Positions 1-11,465 of a DNA stretch of 64,000 bases are shown here, piece by piece. The translations under genes and the position numbers were made by a program. The stretch is from a virus (taxonomy: Duplodnaviria; Caudoviricetes), in IMG/VR virus record IMGVR_UViG_3300049137_000091, positions 25,469 to 89,468 of that record; one strand, 5' to 3'. The number at the start of each line of letters is the position of its first letter. Positions within the stretch are counted from its first letter, which is position 1. A model generated the notes under the pieces. That model did no database searches, was not told the origin of the DNA, and saw only the letters and a list, made by a program, of their open reading frames with translations.

Positions 1-34
1 TCGCGCTGACCCACGTCCAGCCGGAGGCGGACCG

Positions 35-595
35 GTGAGCACCGGACTGCCCGAGGGTTTCGCCGTCTACCTGGCCGCCCAGGACGCCATGCACGCCCGG
101 GACGTGGACGACGTCCTCGCCGCGCTCACCGAGCGGGAGCGCGATGTCGTCCGGCAGACGGCCGCGCTCGGCTTCGAGGCCGGGCTGCGCCACCCGGCCG
201 GCGCCGACCACCCGAAGGACGGCGCGGTCGTGCGCGACGTGATCGGCGACCGCGTTCCCACCGTCGGCATCCTGGAGCAGCGGCTCGGCCGTGAGGCGGC
301 CGTCATGGGCTACGTGCAGGGCCGCCGGTACCCGGACGCCTCCGCCTGGGACGCCGACACAGTGCTGCGCCTGGTCGTCGATGCCGTCCTCGCCCACCGG
401 GACAACTTCCCCATCCTCTCCGGGGTCCGGCCGTGCGGCGAGTGCGGCCACCCGCAGTACGCGCACCGGGACGGCGAAGACGACGCCCTTGGAGTGTGCC
501 TCCTGTGCAGCGGCGAGAAGTCGAACCGGGTCCTCCACGACTACCGCCGGGCCGCCCGCCCGGCACCGACCACGGAAGCGAGGAACGCACGATGA
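35..595 (+). CDS. hypothetical phage protein with C-terminal Cys/His zinc-binding motif
   Basis: 186-aa ORF, GTG start, in a chain of overlapping start/stop codons (35-595, 592-888, 885-1217, 1214-1441); CGECGH...H...CLLC motif. Confidence 0.65.
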   Translation: MSTGLPEGFAVYLAAQDAMHARDVDDVLAALTERERDVVRQTAALGFEAGLRHPAGADHPKDGAVVRDVIGDRVPTVGILEQRLGREAAVMGYVQGRRYPDASAWDADTVLRLVVDAVLAHRDNFPILSGVRPCGECGHPQYAHRDGEDDALGVCLLCSGEKSNRVLHDYRRAARPAPTTEARNAR

Positions 596-888
596 GCAGC
601 CACGGATACACCTGGAATGACGTCCGGTCGGTGCCCGTCGGGGACCTGGCCGTCGGCGACGTCTTCGTCCAGCCCGGCGCGGGGGTCGCGTACTACGTCG
701 CCGACGACGGACGAGTGCGGGGCGCGGGCCTCGCGGTCGCCATGGAGCTGGACGGCACCGCGTGGACGGTGACCGCCCGCGACGGCAGCCTGATCACTAT
801 GCGCAGCGGCGACGGCCGGGAAATTAGCGAGGTGGCCCCCACGTCCGCGCGGGTGCTGCGCGTCAAACGGACGGAGGCGGGCCGATGA
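592..888 (+). CDS. hypothetical protein
   Basis: ATG at 592 overlaps the upstream TGA; GAGGAA RBS; 98 aa (internal start of track ORF 433-888). Confidence 0.6.
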   Translation: MSSHGYTWNDVRSVPVGDLAVGDVFVQPGAGVAYYVADDGRVRGAGLAVAMELDGTAWTVTARDGSLITMRSGDGREISEVAPTSARVLRVKRTEAGR

Positions 889-1217
889 GCGACGAGGACG
901 AGAAGGTCCCCGAGCGGCGCACCGTGCTGGTCGTGGACGTCACCTGGAACGGCGCCGACACCGGCCGGGGCAGCCTGGAGCACTACTACGACGACGCCGA
1001 ACTGCCCAGCGTCGCCGGCGGCTGGATCACCGATGCGTTCTACGACCGGGACGACGGACCCGCCCCGACCGTGTCAGCCCTGTCCCCGGCGGAGCTGGCC
1101 ATGCTGCGCTTCGCGCTCCGCGAGGCGTACGACATCACCCTGACCCGGGACGGGTTCACTGACGAGGAGACAGCCGCGCTCGACTCGCTGCGCGCCCGGT
1201 TCGGGGAGGGGCCGTGA
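885..1217 (+). CDS. hypothetical protein
   Basis: 110-aa ORF with ATGA overlap and GGAGG RBS. Confidence 0.6.
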   Translation: MSDEDEKVPERRTVLVVDVTWNGADTGRGSLEHYYDDAELPSVAGGWITDAFYDRDDGPAPTVSALSPAELAMLRFALREAYDITLTRDGFTDEETAALDSLRARFGEGP

Positions 1218-1441
1218 CCGCCCTGTTCGCCGACGGCACCGCGCGGTGCCCGCTGTGTCTTCGCACGCACCGGATCACCAAGGCGGGCCGGCTGTTTCGG
1301 CATGCCGACCTGGAGGGCTTGGTCACCGAGCACCCGTCGAGCCGGTGCCGGGCGTCCGGCTTGACGCTCGCCGACGCCGACGACATGGCACGGCGGGAAC
1401 TCGACGGACTGGAGGCGCTGCGCGCACGGGCTCACCCCTGA
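1214..1441 (+). CDS. small hypothetical protein with CxxC...H...C motif
   Basis: GTGA overlap; CPLC...H...HPSSRCRASG. Confidence 0.55.
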   Translation: MTALFADGTARCPLCLRTHRITKAGRLFRHADLEGLVTEHPSSRCRASGLTLADADDMARRELDGLEALRARAHP

Positions 1442-1505
1442 CCGGAATGATCATGATGCGATCCGGTCTTAACATCGCCGCACCCGAGACATGGAGGGTG
1501 CGGCG

Positions 1506-3113
1506 ATGCCCGTTCACGCCGGGACCATGGCGGTCCCCCTGGAAGACCTCACCCCGTTCCCCGGCAACGCACGCCGGGGCAACGTGGACCTGATCCTCGA
1601 CTCGCTGCGGACCAACGGGCAGTACAAGCCGCTGGTGGTGCGGCGCCAGGGCGACACCATGACCGTGCTGACCGGCAACCACACGCTTCTCGCGATGCTG
1701 CGGCACGAGGAGAACGACCGGGACGGCTGCCCCGACTGGGAGCTGGCCAACAACCGCCCGTGCCAGCTCTGCGTGGACGTGGAGGCCGACGACCCGGCCG
1801 CCCTGTCCCACGTCATCGAGTGCGACGACGCCACCGCCGCCAGGATCAACCTGGTGGACAACCGGGCGGCCGACGTCGGCACCTACGACGAGGAGGCCCT
1901 GGCCGCCATCGTCGCCTCCCTGGACGGCGATCTGGTCGGCACCGGGTTCGGCATCAGCGAGGCCGAGATGTTCGAAGCAGGTCTGCTGGACTCGCCGACG
2001 GCGGCGGACGACGTCGCCAGCGAGCAGGGAGCGGAGTCGGCCGGCGATGAGGTCCCGGAGGCCCGCCCGTCCCTGGCCGACCGGTTTCTGATCCCGCCGT
2101 TCGACGTCCTCGACGCTCGCTCCGGCTGGTGGCGCACCCGCAAGCGACAGTGGCTCTCCCTGGGCTTCCGATCTGAGGTCGGCCGGGACACCGGCCTGAC
2201 CTACAACACCGAGCGGGCCGACCCGAACTTCTACGCGAAGAAGAACAAGGTGGAGGCGGAGCTGGGCCGGACGTTGACGGCGGCCGAGTTCAAGCGGGAC
2301 TACTACGTGCGGCCGACCGAGGGGCCTGCGACCGGGACGTCCATATTCGACCCGGTGCTCTGCGAACTGGCCTACCGGTGGTTTTCCGCTCCCGACGCCA
2401 CGGTGCTGGACCCGTTCGCCGGCGGGTCGGTGCGCGGCCTGGTCGCAGGCATTCTGGGGCGCCGCTACCTCGGCAACGACCTGTCGATGGACCAGGTGAC
2501 TTCCAACCGTGAGCAGGGCGAGGCGTTCGTCAAGCGCGGACTGCTGACCGACGACGGCCGCCCGGCGCCGGTGTGGTCGGTCGGGGACTCGTCGGCGTGG
2601 GTTCAGACGCTGGAGCCGGAGAGCGCGGACCTGGTCTTTACCTGTCCGCCGTACTACGGCCTGGAGGTCTACTCCGACGATCCGTCGGACTTGTCCACGA
2701 TGGGTTACGACGCCTTCGACAAGGTCTACGCCGAGATCATCGCCGGGGCGGCCCGTGCCCTGCGTCCGGACCGGTTCGCCGTGTTCGTCGTCGGTGATGC
2801 CCGGGACGGCAAGGGCCGGCTGCACGACCTGCGTGGGTCCACGATCCGGGCTGCTGAGGAAGCTGGCCTCACCTACGCCTCCGGCGCCGTCCTAATCACG
2901 TCTGTCGGGTCGGCCTCGATCTCAGCAGGACGTGCGTTCACGAGGACTCGGGTCCTGACGGCCGTGCACCAGGACGTCCTGGTCTTCGCCAAGGGCAACC
3001 GGTCGAAGGCGGCGCAGGCGTGCGGGGACGTCGAGGTACACCTGCCGGACGACGTCGCGGCGGTGCTGGACGAGCCGGCCGCCGACGGCTTGCAGCTCTC
3101 CGACCGGCCCTGA
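1506..3113 (+). CDS. ParB-like N-terminal domain fused to an amino-type (N4/N6) DNA methyltransferase
   Basis: N-terminal LEDLTPFPGNARRGNVDLILDSLRTNGQYKPLVV (ParB/Srx-like); motif I VLDPFAGGS and motif IV variant VFTCPPYY; ATG at 1506 follows GGAGG. Confidence 0.85.
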   Translation: MPVHAGTMAVPLEDLTPFPGNARRGNVDLILDSLRTNGQYKPLVVRRQGDTMTVLTGNHTLLAMLRHEENDRDGCPDWELANNRPCQLCVDVEADDPAALSHVIECDDATAARINLVDNRAADVGTYDEEALAAIVASLDGDLVGTGFGISEAEMFEAGLLDSPTAADDVASEQGAESAGDEVPEARPSLADRFLIPPFDVLDARSGWWRTRKRQWLSLGFRSEVGRDTGLTYNTERADPNFYAKKNKVEAELGRTLTAAEFKRDYYVRPTEGPATGTSIFDPVLCELAYRWFSAPDATVLDPFAGGSVRGLVAGILGRRYLGNDLSMDQVTSNREQGEAFVKRGLLTDDGRPAPVWSVGDSSAWVQTLEPESADLVFTCPPYYGLEVYSDDPSDLSTMGYDAFDKVYAEIIAGAARALRPDRFAVFVVGDARDGKGRLHDLRGSTIRAAEEAGLTYASGAVLITSVGSASISAGRAFTRTRVLTAVHQDVLVFAKGNRSKAAQACGDVEVHLPDDVAAVLDEPAADGLQLSDRP

Positions 3114-3128
3114 TTTAATCAATTCATC
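3090..3128 (+). promoter_or_regulatory. conserved phage promoter/operator, copy 1
   Basis: TTGCAG-N18-TTTAAT within TGATTTAATCAATTCATC. Confidence 0.75.
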
Positions 3129-3157
3129 CGGACGGACCGGAGGGAACAAGGAAGGCA

Positions 3158-3418
3158 GTGATCATGGGACGTGCACGAGACCTGACGATGGGCACCAAGC
3201 GCCGCAGCACCATCGCCACCCATCCCGACTTCACCGCGCTGCGCCGCATGACCCGCGCCGCCAGCCCCGACCCGGTCTCGATGCGCGCGATTCTGGACCG
3301 CGTCGGCGCCCGTCCCGAGCGGATGCGCTTCAAGGAGGGCGCCATCTACATCGAGGCGTGCCAGCGCTACCGCGAGATCAGCGGCGAGGACTACGGGCCA
3401 AGGCTCGGCGTCCTTTGA
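3158..3418 (+). CDS. hypothetical protein under the conserved promoter
   Basis: 86-aa ORF directly downstream of the promoter, AAGGAAGG RBS. Confidence 0.6.
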   Translation: MIMGRARDLTMGTKRRSTIATHPDFTALRRMTRAASPDPVSMRAILDRVGARPERMRFKEGAIYIEACQRYREISGEDYGPRLGVL

Positions 3419-3450
3419 CCGGCCGTTAATCGTTAGGGAGGCTAAGGAGC

Positions 3451-4092
3451 ATGCCGAAGGGTGACCCGCCCAGCCATCAGCCCAGCCACCGCGCGGCCGT
3501 CGCCCGGCGCCGGGCCAAGGCGATCGAGCTGAAGAACCGGGGCCTGTCCTGGCAGCAGGTCGCCGATCAGATGGCGGCCGAAGGGCACTACCTGGACGGC
3601 GACGGGAACCCGTCGGCCGCCGCCGCGTGCGTGGACGTCTCCCGCGCGCTCAAACAGGCCAACCGCGAGCTGTCGATGGGGCTGGAGGAGTACCGCGAGG
3701 CGGCCCGCATGCGGCTGGACGGCCTGCGCCGGCAGGTGCACGCCGTGCTGGCCCGGCCGCACTACGTGCTCTACAAGGGCGAGATCGTCCACGGCCCGGA
3801 CGGCAACCCGCTGCGCGACGACGGGGTGGTGCTCGCCTGCATCGACCGCCTTCAGCGCATCGAGGAGCGCCAGGCGAAGATCGACGGTACGGACGCCAGC
3901 GAAAAGCTGACGGTCGCGCTGGAACGCCGGGTGGAGGACGAGACGACCGTGGTCGTGGAAGCCATCCTGGCCGGTTTCAACGCGCTGCCCGAGCTGACAC
4001 CGGACGTGCGCCAGCGGGCCCTGGAAGCGGCCGGCGCGCACCTGCGCACCATCGAAGGCGAGGTCGTGTCGGAGACGACGGACGAGGGCTGA
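3451..4092 (+). CDS. terS: terminase small subunit (HTH)
   Basis: N-terminal HTH RRAKAIELKNRGLSWQQVADQM and helical C-terminus typical of actinophage TerS; lies upstream of TerL. Confidence 0.7.
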   Translation: MPKGDPPSHQPSHRAAVARRRAKAIELKNRGLSWQQVADQMAAEGHYLDGDGNPSAAAACVDVSRALKQANRELSMGLEEYREAARMRLDGLRRQVHAVLARPHYVLYKGEIVHGPDGNPLRDDGVVLACIDRLQRIEERQAKIDGTDASEKLTVALERRVEDETTVVVEAILAGFNALPELTPDVRQRALEAAGAHLRTIEGEVVSETTDEG

Positions 4093-4171
4093 CCTGCTCG
4101 TTCAGTGATTCCGCGCATCGTCGCTACGCTCCCGCCACCGATCACAGACCACGGAACGGAAGCGGTTCGTC

Positions 4172-5254
4172 ATGCGCGTTTGCCTCACCGGGGCGTCGGG
4201 GTTCGTCGGCTCCCACGTCCTGCGCCACCTGCTCGCCGTCACCGGCTGGGACATCGTCTGCCCGGTGTCGTTCCGTCACCGGGGCGTCCCGGCCCGGATC
4301 ACGTCGGCGGCCGACGGGATCCCGGACATGTGGGCCCGGACCGAGATCGTTTACTGGGACATGCGGGCGCCGGCCGACCCGGTGACGCTGGCCGCCCTGG
4401 ACGGCTGCGAGGTGTTCCTGAACATCGCCGCCGAATCCCACGTGGACCGGTCCATCGCCGACCCGACGACGTTCGTGCAGAACAACGTGGCCATCATGCT
4501 CAACGCGCTGGACGCGGCCCGCCAGGTCGGCCCCCGGCTGTTCCTCCAGATGTCCACCGACGAGGTCTACGGCCCGGCCGCGCCCGGCGTCGCCCACCGT
4601 GAGTGGGACCCGGTCGTCCCGTCCAATCCGTACTCGGCGTCCAAGGCGGCGCAAGAGGCGGTCGCCGTCGCCTACTGGCGGACCTACGCGGTGCCTGTTG
4701 TCATCACCAACACCATGAACATCATCGGGGAGATGCAACACCCCGAGAAATTCCTGCCCATGGTGATCCGCAACCTGCGTGACGGCCGCCCCGTCCCGGT
4801 GCACACCGACACCGACGGCACCCCGGGCAGCCGGCACTACCTACACGCACGCAACCTGGCCGACGCCTGGCTGCACCTGATCCGCCGCTACACCGGTGGG
4901 ACGGAGACGGTGCGCACCCTGGGCGGCGCCGCGTACCGCATCGAGCCCGGCCCGCCCATGTACTCGGGCGGCGCCCCGCGCCCGGCCCGGTTCCACATCG
5001 CCGGCGAGGAGGAGACCGACAACCGGTCCCTGGTGCACATGGTCGGCAAGGTGATGGGGCTGGACGCCGGCGAGGTGGACGCCCTGATCAAGCCGGTCAG
5101 CTTCCACGCCACCCGGCCCGGCCACGACCTGCGCTACGCCCTGAACGCCGACGCGATCGCGCGCACCGGGTGGACGGCGCCGCTGCCGCTGCGTGCCTCG
5201 CTGGAATCCACCGTGCGCTGGAGCCTGGACCACCCGCAGTGGCTGGACCTGTGA
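4172..5254 (+). CDS. rmlB: NDP-glucose 4,6-dehydratase (RmlB/RfbB-like extended SDR)
   Basis: GASGFVG Rossmann motif, STDEVYG catalytic TDE, YSASK (YxxxK), QHPEKFLP, RPGHDLRYA. Confidence 0.85.
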   Translation: MRVCLTGASGFVGSHVLRHLLAVTGWDIVCPVSFRHRGVPARITSAADGIPDMWARTEIVYWDMRAPADPVTLAALDGCEVFLNIAAESHVDRSIADPTTFVQNNVAIMLNALDAARQVGPRLFLQMSTDEVYGPAAPGVAHREWDPVVPSNPYSASKAAQEAVAVAYWRTYAVPVVITNTMNIIGEMQHPEKFLPMVIRNLRDGRPVPVHTDTDGTPGSRHYLHARNLADAWLHLIRRYTGGTETVRTLGGAAYRIEPGPPMYSGGAPRPARFHIAGEEETDNRSLVHMVGKVMGLDAGEVDALIKPVSFHATRPGHDLRYALNADAIARTGWTAPLPLRASLESTVRWSLDHPQWLDL

Positions 5255-5538
5255 TGCGCGACCACGAGACCGAGCGCCTGTTGTGGGAGGTCCGCCGGGC
5301 CGTCGTCGCCGCCCGGCTCAACGGGGTGAGCGCCAAGGCGTGCATCTTCGACGCGACCGTGGCGGCCGTGGATTCGAGCGTCAGAGTCTTCCCCAGCGAG
5401 GAGGCCCGCAGGGCCGCCGTCAGAGCCTGCCGGGCCGTGGATGCCCCGGAGCCGGTGCCTGACCCGGCGCCCCGGCCGCAGCCGGTTCGGGGCCTGCGCC
5501 GATGGTTTAGCAAAACCAGCCTTCGGGGATTTAACTAA
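5254..5538 (+). CDS. hypothetical protein
   Basis: ATG overlaps the rmlB TGA; 94 aa. Confidence 0.55.
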   Translation: MRDHETERLLWEVRRAVVAARLNGVSAKACIFDATVAAVDSSVRVFPSEEARRAAVRACRAVDAPEPVPDPAPRPQPVRGLRRWFSKTSLRGFN

Positions 5539-5642
5539 ATGAGAGTGTCCCGGCTCCCGGCGGCTGAACCCCGGGGACCCGGAGACCGAGGCCCGGGGCG
5601 GGGACGACGCCCCGGGCCTCACCCAATCATGGAGGTGATCTC

Positions 5643-7697
<2,055 letters not shown>

Positions 7698-7809
7698 CCC
7701 CACAGACAGCCGCGCGAGCCGGCGTCACGGACCGGAGCGGGGACCGCCTTGCCCCGCAGCTCGCCGCACGACGGCCTGCCCCTCCTCGCTCGGGGGCGGG
7801 CCGTCGGCG

Positions 7810-7827
7810 TGTCGAAAATTTTCCACG
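7810..7827. promoter_or_regulatory. parS-like site (imperfect copy)
   Basis: TGTCGAAAATTTTCCACG, 16/18 match to the perfect palindrome at 49835-49852. Confidence 0.55.
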
Positions 7828-7835
7828 CGTTCGGG

Positions 7836-7866
7836 TTGCTAACTATGCATCGCGTGATGCATAGTT
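7836..7866 (+). promoter_or_regulatory. promoter overlapped by a palindromic operator
   Basis: TTGCTA-N18-CATAGT; AACTATGCATC-gcgt-GATGCATAGTT, perfect 11-bp arms. Confidence 0.7.
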
Positions 7867-7914
7867 GTTCTGACACAGGGTCAACTCGACCCGACAGACA
7901 CCGTGGGGGACCGC

Positions 7915-8346
7915 ATGGCCATCAGCAGCAGGGAAGCGAAGAAGATCCACGACGCGGCCGTGGCGGCCGGGATCGATGACCGGACCTTGCAGAACTGGAC
8001 GGAGGAGGCGGGCGGCTACCGATTCGCCATCTCCGACCACACCGGGGCCATCAAGGCGGCGGCGGCCGACGCGGTGCGCGCCCGTATCCGGCGCCACGTC
8101 GAGGAGCGGGAGCGGGCGGTGCTCACCGAGGCCGCACAGGCCGCCGGAATCGCCCCGCCGCCCGCGCCGGGCACGCCCATGGCCACGCCGCGACAGGTCG
8201 ACTACATCATGTCCCTGCTGGACCGGCGCGAGCGCAACGGCGACGGCGGTGGATTCATGTACGGCCCGACCGACCGCGCGGGTGTCGAGCGGATGACCCG
8301 GGCCGAGGCGTCGCTCTACATCACGTCGTTGAAGGAGGAGTACTGA
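7915..8346 (+). CDS. hypothetical protein
   Basis: 143 aa from ATG 7915; first gene after the palindromic operator. Confidence 0.65.
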   Translation: MAISSREAKKIHDAAVAAGIDDRTLQNWTEEAGGYRFAISDHTGAIKAAAADAVRARIRRHVEERERAVLTEAAQAAGIAPPPAPGTPMATPRQVDYIMSLLDRRERNGDGGGFMYGPTDRAGVERMTRAEASLYITSLKEEY

Positions 8347-8849
8347 TGAGCTGGGTGTACGGAAACCAGGTGTTCGGGGTGCTCACCCCGGACGACCGGC
8401 CGGCGGTCAAGGCCGTCCTCGACCACGCCGGGATCACCGGCGTGGACGTCTCGTTCTCCCGGTCCGGCAACGCGTTCTTCCTCCTGGACCCGCCGGCCCC
8501 GCAGGGCAACGGCACGGTTGAACGGCCCGAGGTGCACCAGCGCGTCGTGGACGCGTTCACGGCCGCCGGGTGGACGGTCCATGGTGGACTGGACCTGGTG
8601 GCTCCGCCCGCCCCGGCCGACGGCACCCCGCCGCGCGAACTGTGGACGGTGCAGGACGTCGCCGACTTCCTCGGGGTGACCCGGGACAGCGCACGCGGTC
8701 AGCTCTCCAGGTGGGGCGTGAAGGCCGCTTACCACTACCGGGAAGGCAACCTGCTCGCCTCCCTGTTCCGCTCCGACGAGGTACGCGCCGCCCACGCCGC
8801 GCGGCCCGGCCGGGGCAAGGGCGGCGGTCGGCCGCGCAAGGCAGCGTGA
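8346..8849 (+). CDS. protein with C-terminal MerR/Xis-like HTH
   Basis: LWTVQDVADFLGVTRDSARGQLSRWGV...GRGKGGGRPRK; translationally coupled to the upstream gene. Confidence 0.65.
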   Translation: MSWVYGNQVFGVLTPDDRPAVKAVLDHAGITGVDVSFSRSGNAFFLLDPPAPQGNGTVERPEVHQRVVDAFTAAGWTVHGGLDLVAPPAPADGTPPRELWTVQDVADFLGVTRDSARGQLSRWGVKAAYHYREGNLLASLFRSDEVRAAHAARPGRGKGGGRPRKAA

Positions 8850-8854
8850 ACGGG

Positions 8855-9091
8855 ATGAGCAAACGCACCGGGCCCAGCCTGTGGGAGCAGGTCGCCCGCG
8901 AGGCGGCTGGGCCAGACAACCAGCCGTGCTCCGACTGGCAGCCCAACCCCAAGCTGCCCCGACACTGCGCCGGGTGCGGGTGGGGCCACGACGTCCACCA
9001 CCGGGACCACGCCGCCAGGGAGATCGAAGACGCCCTGTCCGGACTCGCGGACGAGACCGTTGCACGTCTCCTGTACGGAGACGACCGGTGA
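8855..9091 (+). CDS. small Cys/His protein
   Basis: 78 aa; C...CAGCGWGHDVH. Confidence 0.5.
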   Translation: MSKRTGPSLWEQVAREAAGPDNQPCSDWQPNPKLPRHCAGCGWGHDVHHRDHAAREIEDALSGLADETVARLLYGDDR

Positions 9092-9174
9092 GCGAGGAAA
9101 AGGCCGGCAAGCCGCTCCTCGCCTGACCTGCTCCGGAAAGCGATCCGCCGTTCGGCCCGCACAATAGGTCCATC

Positions 9175-10548
9175 ATGAGGGTGGACCCGAGGTTGCGAAG
9201 CCGGGCGGCGGACGCGCTGCTCATGCACGCACGCACGCTGACGGAGCCGCGCTGGACCCCGCTGCCCCACCAGGTCCCGCCGGAAGGCAACTGGTACGGG
9301 TGGCTGCTGATGGCCGGCCGTGGCGCCGGCAAGACGGACGCTTGCGCCCGCTACATCCACGAGCACGTGATGGGCCCGCCGTGCATCCCCGGGCCCGTGC
9401 CCCACTGGATCGGCATTGTCGCCCCCACCCTCGGCGACGCGGCGACGTCCTGCTACGCCGGCCCGTCCGGGCTCCGGGTGCACAGCCCGGAGGCGAAGAT
9501 GACGACCGCGCAGGGCGGCACGGTCATCCGCTGGCCCAACGGGTCCGAAGCCAAGATATTTGGGGCACATTCACCCGAAGATGTTGAAAGGCTCCGATCT
9601 GGGGGCAATCGTTGCGCCGTATGGATGGAGGAATTGGCCGCCTGGCGGCACCTGGACGACACCTGGGACCAGATCCGTTTCGGCCTGCGCGCCGGGCCCC
9701 GCCCGCACTGGGTCGCCTCCACCACGCCCAAGCCCCGCGCGCTGATCAAGAAACTCATGTCGGGCGGCGTGGCCAACGTCGCCGTCACCCGGGCCACCAC
9801 CTACGACAACCCGCACCTGCCCGCCGACATCCGCGAGGCGCTGGAAGACGCCTACGGCGGGACGCAGATCGGCCGCCAGGAGCTGTACGCCGAGGTCATC
9901 GACCAGGACGAGAACGCGCTGTGGACGCGGTCCATGCTGGACGCCGGCCGCATCCGCCCGGTGGACCTGCCGTCCCTGGCGAAGAAGACCGTGGGCGTGG
10001 ACCCGTCCGGCGGCCGGGGCGAACAGGGGATCGTCGTCGTCGGCAAGGCGCTTCAGGAGCACATCCGCAACGTCAACGGCCGGGACGTCGCCCGCAACCT
10101 CGCGCACGGCTACGTTCTCGCCGACCGGACCTGCCACCTTTCCCCGGACGGCTGGGGGCGCCGCGCGGTGCAGGCGGCCGTGGACCACGAGGCGGACGAC
10201 ATCTGCGTGGAGGTCAACTTCGGCGGGGAAATGGCCGTCAACACGATCCGCGCGGCGGCCGACGCGATGGGCGTCAGCATCCCCATCAAGATCGTGCGGG
10301 CCACGCGCGGGAAGAAGGTGCGCGCCGAGCCCGTATCGGCGCTGACCGAGCAGGGCCGGTGGCACATGGCCGGCGCCTTCGAGGAGCTGGAAGATCAGCT
10401 TTGCACCTGGTACGAGGATCTGGACTGGTCGCCGGACCGACTGGACGCGATGGTCTGGCCGGCGTGGCACCAGCGCATCGTGAAGGCGACGATGACCGGC
10501 ACGACCACGTCCGGCGGCATGTCCACGGTGAGCCGGTCCATCGGTTGA
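9175..10548 (+). CDS. terL: terminase large subunit
   Basis: Walker A MAGRGAGKT, Walker B WMEELAAW, nuclease domain VGVDPSGG...SPDRLDAMVW. Confidence 0.93.
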   Translation: MRVDPRLRSRAADALLMHARTLTEPRWTPLPHQVPPEGNWYGWLLMAGRGAGKTDACARYIHEHVMGPPCIPGPVPHWIGIVAPTLGDAATSCYAGPSGLRVHSPEAKMTTAQGGTVIRWPNGSEAKIFGAHSPEDVERLRSGGNRCAVWMEELAAWRHLDDTWDQIRFGLRAGPRPHWVASTTPKPRALIKKLMSGGVANVAVTRATTYDNPHLPADIREALEDAYGGTQIGRQELYAEVIDQDENALWTRSMLDAGRIRPVDLPSLAKKTVGVDPSGGRGEQGIVVVGKALQEHIRNVNGRDVARNLAHGYVLADRTCHLSPDGWGRRAVQAAVDHEADDICVEVNFGGEMAVNTIRAAADAMGVSIPIKIVRATRGKKVRAEPVSALTEQGRWHMAGAFEELEDQLCTWYEDLDWSPDRLDAMVWPAWHQRIVKATMTGTTTSGGMSTVSRSIG

Positions 10549-10559
10549 CGCAGCCCGGG

Positions 10560-10597
10560 TTGCGCGGTCACCCTGGCCTATGATTTAATAAATTCAT
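10560..10597 (+). promoter_or_regulatory. conserved phage promoter/operator, copy 2
   Basis: TTGCGC-N18-TTTAAT; ATGATTTAATAAATTCAT. Confidence 0.8.
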
Positions 10598-10623
10598 CAG
10601 CAGGACGACCGAGGAGAATCCCC

Positions 10624-10809
10624 ATGGCTGGCGCCTACTGCAAGTTCTGTGGCCACCGCTGCTTCGTCTACCGCGTGATCCCCGACGGCCCGCAGGAGGG
10701 CTGGGCCGGACATCTCGCCACGTGTGCGCAGGGCATGGCCCACGACCGAGCCCAGACCGGCCACGACCACACGACGGCCGCCAACCCGGCCGAGCACGCC
10801 ACCCGCTGA
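10624..10809 (+). CDS. small Zn-finger protein
   Basis: CKFCGHRC...HLATC; GAGGAG RBS. Confidence 0.65.
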   Translation: MAGAYCKFCGHRCFVYRVIPDGPQEGWAGHLATCAQGMAHDRAQTGHDHTTAANPAEHATR

Positions 10810-10841
10810 CCGCACCACCGACCACGGAAGAAGGAACCCAC

Positions 10842-11024
10842 ATGCCGATGATCAGGGTCCGGGACATCAAGCCCGGCGACGTGGCCGTGTTCTGCGGGCA
10901 CTACCACGAGACGGTGCTGCGGACGGAGCCGGGCGACGACGGCTACACGCACCTCTGGACGGAGGAGTCCGGCGACGACTACTACCTGCTGCGTCCTCAC
11001 GACTCCCTGCCCGTCGTCCTCTGA
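10842..11024 (+). CDS. hypothetical protein
   Basis: 60 aa from ATG 10842, AAGGAA RBS. Confidence 0.55.
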   Translation: MPMIRVRDIKPGDVAVFCGHYHETVLRTEPGDDGYTHLWTEESGDDYYLLRPHDSLPVVL

Positions 11025-11070
11025 CCCCGATAGCCTGACTCGCACCACCGACCAAGGAAGGCAGACCCGA

Positions 11071-11370
11071 ATGAACGACGAACGCAAGGCACTGGAGAAC
11101 GCGCTCCACCAGGCCATGCCGGGGTACCTCGCCCGCACGATGGACCCGCTGATCGACGAGTTGGTGGACGCAGTCCGCCGGGACCAGGCGGCGCGGGACG
11201 CCGACGTGCTGCGGCGGATGTCCCTCCGCAGCCCGGACGTCGCCCCGCCCCGGGGCGGGACCACCAGCCGCATCGTCTACGCGGGCGCGGCCGACCTGAT
11301 CGACCCGGCCGGCGAGGGCTGGGGCCTCAACCTGCCGGACCACCTGAAGGACGACCAGCCCGCCGGCTGA
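11071..11370 (+). CDS. hypothetical protein
   Basis: 99 aa; leader CCGACCAAGGAAGG. Confidence 0.6.
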   Translation: MNDERKALENALHQAMPGYLARTMDPLIDELVDAVRRDQAARDADVLRRMSLRSPDVAPPRGGTTSRIVYAGAADLIDPAGEGWGLNLPDHLKDDQPAG

Positions 11371-11382
11371 CCCCGCACACGA

Positions 11383-11419
11383 CCGAAGCCCCGGAGACGG
11401 CTACGTCCCGGGGCTTCGG
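11383..11419 (+). terminator. intrinsic terminator-like hairpin
   Basis: CCGAAGCCCCGG...CCGGGGCTTCGG after a stop codon; the same stem family recurs after many genes. Confidence 0.65.
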
Positions 11420-11465
11420 CGCGTTACGGTACGCCCGAACGACCACGGAACAGAAGGAGACGACC

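Noticed and set aside
5528-5543. GATTTAACTAAATG as a 17th operator copy
   Set aside because: Only a partial match overlapping a stop codon, with no correctly spaced TTG -35.
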